Below, piece by piece: positions 8,986 through 13,373 of a DNA stretch of 13,373 nt. How positions within the stretch are numbered: position 1 is the first letter of the stretch; each line of letters starts with the position of its first letter. A program made the translations under genes and the position numbers. The stretch spans positions 1 to 13,373 of the forward strand of contig JBLIRP010000095.1 of assembly GCA_049472355.1 (NCBI GenBank), in the 5' to 3' direction. Source of the stretch: a bacterium (lineage in GTDB: Bacteria > SZUA-182 > DTGQ01 > JAFGSM01). The notes under the pieces were generated by a model. The model ran no database searches and was not told the origin of the DNA. It saw only the letters and a program-made list of their open reading frames with translations.

Positions 8986-9041
8986 ACTCGACGCAGCGAC
9001 AGAATGGCGTTTTATTGAGGTGAGCGAGGGTGGTATATGCC

Positions 9042-9464
9042 CTATCTTATATCCTCAATCCAGGCGATGTGCTTCTTGAATCGACCATTCCTAATGCCTT
9101 CGTAGAGCCTGCGGTCGGATGTCACCATCCTGGCATCGAGAAGGGCGGCAAGGGCAACGTATAGGCAGTCGTATATGCTCTGTCCCATCTGGTTGGCGAT
9201 GGCGAATGCTGAATTGAGATACGATACAAACGGATGATTTTGTATCGGATATCGGCGAAGTGCATCCCGTAGCTCCATTCCCTCTTCCACCGTGACGACA
9301 CCGCGCCGAATCCACTTGCAGATTATGCTGTCCATCTCAAGAAACAGAAAATCGGGCGCATGGAGCCGGTTCCTTCCGTTCAGAACCGAGAGTGCGGCAT
9401 CGCTATATTCCTCATCGACAAACCATTTTGCCGCAACACTCGCATCCACGATGAACACGCTCAC
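9042..9464 (-). CDS. vapC: PIN-domain toxin, VapC/FitB family
   Basis: IVDASVAAKW, LHAPDFLFLE, SIYDCLYVALA, MVTSDRRL; GTG start overlaps the antitoxin stop (GTGA). Confidence 0.92.
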   Translation of the reverse strand: MSVFIVDASVAAKWFVDEEYSDAALSVLNGRNRLHAPDFLFLEMDSIICKWIRRGVVTVEEGMELRDALRRYPIQNHPFVSYLNSAFAIANQMGQSIYDCLYVALAALLDARMVTSDRRLYEGIRNGRFKKHIAWIEDIR

Positions 9465-9700
9465 TTCGCTCTGTCCTCTCGGATGAGTTCCCCCGTGTCA
9501 GGAAATCTCCTGCCCTTAAACCTCCGACGGAACTCCTCGGATATCCTAAGAGCCGCCTCCATGTCCACCTTGGGCTCCGCTGCGGCCTGCTCGAGAATGA
9601 ACTTCACCTCGGATTGCAGAGAACGTCCTTCTTCTTTGGCGCGTTTCTTAAGACGCTCGACAATGTCTTTGTCTAAGTCTCGAACCAGAATCTGTGCCAT
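9461..9700 (-). CDS. FitA-like ribbon-helix-helix (Arc-family) antitoxin
   Basis: MAQILVRDLDKDIVERLKKRAKEEGRSLQSEVKFIL and C-terminal ELIREDR; GAGG RBS 6 nt before ATG 9700; coupled to the PIN gene. Confidence 0.9.
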   Translation of the reverse strand: MAQILVRDLDKDIVERLKKRAKEEGRSLQSEVKFILEQAAAEPKVDMEAALRISEEFRRRFKGRRFPDTGELIREDRAK

Positions 9701-9716
9701 GATTATCCTCATGCCT

Positions 9717-9759
9717 CATATGCTATCGTTATGATAGCATATGGCTTTGCCCTTGTCAA
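9717..9759 (-). promoter_or_regulatory. Promoter and palindromic operator of the FitAB-like operon
   Basis: TTGACA (9759-9754), 17 nt, TATCAT (9736-9731); the perfect 11-bp inverted repeat CATATGCTATC-N5-GATAGCATATG (9717-9743) overlaps the -10 box. Confidence 0.8.
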
Positions 9760-9922
9760 TACGCTTTTGTCAGATCGGGCTGAGCATTCTCCAGCATTTG
9801 ATTTGATTTTTATGATAGAAATTGCTCTTCCGGACAACATGATGGGTAAGGTTTTCAATTCTTGTCAATGCACATATTCAAGCAGAACCAAGCAGATGGG
9901 GATGGCCTGAGATGGATGTTTG

Positions 9923-10020
9923 AACGAATGGATGTGGTTACTATTCGAGGTCAGAGGAGGTGCGGATATGCTCGGAGATCTGCCTGGTGATCCGGAATGC
10001 CTCGGTGGCCGCCTCCACGG
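9923..10020 (-). repeat. Direct repeat copy R2 (3' end of MetE-like gene)
   Basis: 98 bp, 14 mismatches to 10845-10942 by manual ungapped alignment; minus strand encodes VEAATEAFRITRQISEHIRTSSDLE-stop-stop. Confidence 0.93.
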
Positions 10021-10064
10021 TATCCCTGGTGCCCCTCTTTATCACGATGCCCAATTCAACATTT

Positions 10065-10093
10065 TTGACGATTAATGGATTATAGGTTAATAT
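10065..10093 (+). promoter_or_regulatory. Possible sigma70-type promoter of hicB-hicA
   Basis: TTGACG, 17 nt, TAATAT in an AT-rich stretch about 75 nt before hicB. Confidence 0.45.
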
Positions 10094-10166
10094 ATCATTA
10101 AGCTAACATATTATTTCCCTCTGTTTTTAATGATGTACCAAGATGTGATTAGTTAGGGGCTACCTT

Positions 10167-10469
10167 ATGAAAAATAAAATGCCTATAAAAATTAAAGGGA
10201 AGATTCCCGTGAGTTTCTTTAAAGAAGGCAGGATGTTCGTAGCATATTCCATTGTTCTGGATCTTTCTACTTGTGGCGAAACATTTGAAGAAGCGAAGAA
10301 AAATTTCATGGAAGCCTTGAACATTTTTTTTGAAGAGTGTATTAAAATGGGGACCTTGGTTGAAGTTCTGGAATCCTATGGATGGGAAAAAATAGGAAAA
10401 TCATGGCAACCGCCAGCCTACATCGGACATGAAGATTTACCAATACCTCTCCAACAATTGCATTCATAA
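10167..10469 (+). CDS. hicB: Short HicB-family antitoxin (partial RNase H fold only)
   Basis: FKEGRMFVAYSIVLDLSTCGETFEEAKKNFMEALNIFFEE; no C-terminal HTH/RHH; TAATG-coupled to hicA; AT-rich. Start may be 10179. Confidence 0.8.
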   Translation: MKNKMPIKIKGKIPVSFFKEGRMFVAYSIVLDLSTCGETFEEAKKNFMEALNIFFEECIKMGTLVEVLESYGWEKIGKSWQPPAYIGHEDLPIPLQQLHS

Positions 10470-10699
10470 TGAGTAAATTAGGTCCAATCCATCATACCAG
10501 ACTTGAAAAATTTGCAGAGTATGTTGGTTGTGTTTTCATAAGGCAAGAAGGCAGCCATAAGGTGTATTGGAGATCGGACCAAATTCGGCCTGTAATTATT
10601 CCTCAATACAAGGAAGTACCTCTATTTATCATACAGAATATCTTAAGGCAACTTAAGATTTCACGAGATGAATATCTTCAAATATTAGACAAGCTCTAA
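10469..10699 (+). CDS. hicA: HicA-family mRNA interferase toxin
   Basis: 76 aa, FIRQEGSHKVY (GSH catalytic His), RPVIIP, IIQNILRQLKISRDEY. Confidence 0.9.
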   Translation: MSKLGPIHHTRLEKFAEYVGCVFIRQEGSHKVYWRSDQIRPVIIPQYKEVPLFIIQNILRQLKISRDEYLQILDKL

Positions 10700-10722
10700 C
10701 CCACCAATTACTTCTAAAGTAG

Positions 10723-10760
10723 GGCTGTCTGAGGGCAGCCGCCTGAGGATTATGTTTTTT
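10723..10760 (+). terminator. Possible hairpin terminator after hicA
   Basis: GGCTGTC-TGAG-GGCAGCC stem-loop; the T6 run lies about 14 nt downstream, not adjacent. Confidence 0.25.
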
Positions 10761-10844
10761 GGATCTTCCATGACTCACGCCCCGGCATGGAGATCCTTGG
10801 TTCGATAATCCGATTCTCATCTTCTGCAAAGAGCTACTCGTCCT

Positions 10845-10942
10845 AACGAATGGATTCCGTTACCAGTTGAGGTCAAAGGATTGGCGGATATGCTCGGAGA
10901 TCTGCCTGGTGATCCGGAAGGCCTCGGTGGCAGCCTCCGTGG
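10845..10942 (-). repeat. Direct repeat copy R3, contiguous with the MetE-like gene fragment
   Basis: Matches R1 and R2; minus strand encodes TEAATEAFRITRQISEHIRQSFDLNW-stop plus 15 nt beyond the stop. Confidence 0.95.
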
Positions 10943-11160
10943 AGACGGTGCCCAGGCCGCAGGCAGGGGTGATGAGGGACTGGGCCGCGATATCCCTCGT
11001 ATCAAAACCGAGCGTGGCGAGACGCTCCCACGCATTCTCGAGCCGTGCCAGGAGTGTTTCTGCGGTCTCCTTGCGGATATCCTCTTCATTGGTGGGTACG
11101 ATTCCCCAGGCGATCATACCCCCCGTTTGAAAGGAAGCCCTTGAGATCCTCTGATACGCC
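10860..11160 (-). pseudogene. C-terminal fragment of a single-barrel MetE-like (cobalamin-independent methionine synthase catalytic domain family) gene
   Basis: GGMIAWGIVPT and SLITPACGLG motifs. Two 1-nt frameshifts (extra G in the run at 11119-11124, missing base near 11152) restore Y(P)EDLKGFLSNGGMIAWGIVPT. About the first two-thirds of the gene is absent. Confidence 0.75.
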
Positions 11161-11176
11161 CGCCGGTCCTGATGAC

Positions 11177-11405
11177 CTACGCGTGCACCGGCCCCGCCAG
11201 GGTCTCGAAGCATATCCTCTCAGGGGCAATACAGTTCAGAAAGACAGACCCGGCAAGGCAGCGGGCGCCGTTTCCGCACATCTCCACCTCGCCTCCGTCC
11301 GCATTGTAAAAGCGCATCCTGAAGTCGACCCGGTCCGAGCGCTCCACCATAATGAGGCCGTCCGCGCCCAGCGAGATCCGCCGCGTGCAGATGGATCTGA
11401 CCGCA
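11177..11405 (-). pseudogene. dapF: Internal fragment of diaminopimelate epimerase
   Basis: [40 protein letters not shown]; lacks the N-terminus and second domain; ends at TAG. Confidence 0.88.
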
Positions 11406-11407
11406 GG

Positions 11408-11690
11408 TATGGCGAATATCTTTGCCGTGCTTGGACGTGACGTAGAGGACCCTGGTGACCATGATACCGGCATTGCCCACCAGAACCCTGCACGGCTCCG
11501 AGATGATCCTGCAGCCGAGGTCCCTCGCAACGGGGTGCAATGTCCGGGCCCACTCCTCAGGGCTCGCAGGCTCCTCCTCCCGGGAACGGATCCCGAGCCC
11601 TCCCCCCATATCCAGGGATAAGATCTCGATCCACTCCCCGGCAAGCCTTTTGACCAGTAGGCTTACCCGTTCCAGGGCCGACAGAACGGG
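11408..11690 (-). pseudogene. lysA: Internal fragment of diaminopimelate decarboxylase
   Basis: [13 protein letters not shown] (canonical EPGR), [16 protein letters not shown], then a frameshift to KIFAI; PLP-lysine region and C-terminus missing. Confidence 0.85.
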
Positions 11691-11713
11691 ACAGACAGAA
11701 CGGGGCCGATTTC

Positions 11714-11742
11714 TTGACATTTAATAAAAATTTTGATACTTT
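11714..11742 (+). promoter_or_regulatory. Probable sigma70-type promoter upstream of peptidase paralog C
   Basis: TTGACA (11714-11719), 17 nt, TACTTT preceded by TGn; AT-rich intergenic region. Confidence 0.45.
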
Positions 11743-11949
11743 TTATTATAGTTTCTCTTCATTTCATGAATCAACATCATCTATTTGCATTCAATTCATT
11801 TCTTCTTTGCTTATCAACTTGGATAATTAAAGGCACGGAGATAGCAGAAATTTATCCCTCTCACAAAGGATGGTGATGCCCACAGATATGAAGAGAGCTT
11901 TAGTGTTTTCAGGGGGGATAACTGTTCATTTGTTTTGGAGACATGGATT

Positions 11950-13373
11950 ATGAGGCCTTTCAATAAATTGTGCGTGATAACTGTATGCTGCATTGCAATC
12001 TCATTCCTGTGCATCACAGAGATACACGCTGCTTCAGAAAAGGCATCACCCGCAGGATCATCTTTACATGCCGCTCGACACGAGATATCTTCCCCTGACA
12101 GAAAGCCCTCCGGAACACCCCATGGGTCTTCCCTAAAGAATCATCAGCCTCTGAATACAGAGGAGGAATTCAGGCATAGATTCAAGGGTGAGATCATGAA
12201 AAGGGGCGGCAAGAATCATGATATCCCGAAATACATCGGAAGAATCGAGGCCAAGCCCACGGATGAAGATCCAAGGAAGTCGGCCCGGGCATTCTTAAAA
12301 GAGAGCGCACCGCTCCTGAAATTGACCACGGATAATCTCGACGAGGGATCGCTCAGCGAGCGGGGGAAATTCAAGCACGTGGAATTCAAGCAGCAATACA
12401 AAGGAATCCCCGTTGAGAGAGCACGCATAATGGTAAATATGCGCCAAAACGGAGAGATCATAAGCCTTGAGTCCGATTATGAGCCTGACCTGGACGGACT
12501 TGACATTGCAACAACACCGGATATAAATCCTCAGGATGCTATCTCGATTGTGGCTTCCGATCTTGGAGTGGTTGAGGAAGCGGCATACGGGCCGCTCTTG
12601 CCTGCTGAAGAATGCGAGTCATGCAAAGGCAATGGTGATATAACCGAGGGTATGCCGGTTTATGCCGAGAATTAACCCGTGCCAAAGGCAGAGTTGGTGA
12701 TCTTCCCCGATACCAAAGGCCAATTCTACCTTGCCTGGAAGGTAGCCTATTCGGATAATGTTCAAGGAAGCTGGGTCTATTATATCGACGCCCGCACGGG
12801 CACTATAATCGACCGTTTTGACAACCTGATACATTTTTCAGTGGACGGCACGGTAAGAGGCAACATCCTTCTCTTTAACGCATCTGATCCCTCTAATACG
12901 GTATCGATGGGGCTCCGGGACAGCCTTGTTTATGCTGACTATCGTGTTACCCATCAAGATTGCTATCGGGTATGCCTTAGAACGCGTTGGGTGTGTTGCC
13001 CTTGGCACATCGTTTGTGCTGCTTGGGAAACACGCTGCCATCCGCCGACTTATTCATGGTACACTAGCGACATAGAGGAAACCTCCTCTGACGGGAGTTA
13101 CAGCAATTTAAGCTTTGAAGACTCTGATCGATACAGGTTGCGCTTCGATCTGGACGGGAGTATTACACGGGTTATCAACTCAAAGAATGGCCTTTACAGC
13201 CGAACTGTCGAGAAGGACACCGTTGATGATCCTTTTGATTTTGTATTTTATGAGAATCCTGACGATCCTTATTCCCTCTTTGACAGCGTCAATGTCTTTT
13301 ATCATGTCACCGATACATTGGATAACTACTACGAGGATGAATTGGATTTTGAGTTGGGATACAAGATAATCTG
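11950..13373 (+). pseudogene. Third secreted M4/M36-type peptidase paralog (C), interrupted by one in-frame TAA and truncated by the window end
   Basis: GGAG then ATG 11950; signal peptide ending EIHA; HVEFKQQYKGIPV; TAA at 12673-12675. The same frame stays open to 13373: AELVIFP..YLAWKV..YYIDARTGTII..VDGTVRGNIL..FDSVNVFYHV, collinear with paralogs A and B. HExxH would lie beyond the window. Confidence 0.75.

Noticed and set aside
8719..9018. 99-aa plus-strand ORF as a real protein
   Set aside because: It is the antisense of repeat R1 joined to the intron maturase scrap.
8697..10942. Diversity-generating retroelement (TR/VR pair at a gene 3' end with a nearby RT fragment)
   Set aside because: Mismatches are not adenine-specific on either strand (R3 bases at R1/R3 differences: a,t,t,a,t,t,c,g). 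The RT scrap is group II intron-like, and the gene is a MetE-like enzyme rather than a lectin-fold target.
8697..10942. CRISPR array or classical integron attC array
   Set aside because: Repeats are about 90 bp, coding-derived and about 1 kb apart. They lack the long RYYYAAC...GTTRRRY palindrome, and no cas or intI gene is in the window.
11220..11720. ORFs 11220-11720, 11177-11644 and 10860-11213 as genuine genes
   Set aside because: Each is a chance read-through containing one recognisable fragment (lysA, dapF, metE-like) fused to out-of-frame sequence.
12673..12675. Selenocysteine or pyrrolysine recoding of the internal stop
   Set aside because: The codon is TAA, not TGA or TAG, and TAA serves as a normal stop for hicA and hicB.

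Overview
GC-rich bacterial chromosomal window with three zones. (1) 1-2419: housekeeping-type genes (queF, an orphan CooC/AcsF-type ATPase, a divergent type I phosphoribosyltransferase). (2) Three paralogous secreted thermolysin-like (M4/M36-type) metallopeptidase genes. Two are intact on the minus strand (999 and 927 aa; signal peptide, FTP/PepSY propeptide, inserted jelly-roll domain, HExxH, Fn3, shared C-terminal CFIxS motif). A third, on the plus strand, has one in-frame TAA, runs off the window, and carries a six-Cys mini-domain where the others have the jelly-roll domain. (3) 8697-11700: a variable region in which three diverged ~90-bp direct repeats, each the 3' end of a MetE-like gene, delimit two ~1-kb units. 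Each unit carries a self-contained toxin-antitoxin operon (FitAB/VapBC plus a group II intron maturase scrap; HicBA). Upstream lies a fused chain of lysA, dapF and metE-like gene fragments. No integrase, tRNA, rRNA or CRISPR array is visible. All calls come from manual motif reading; no searches were run.
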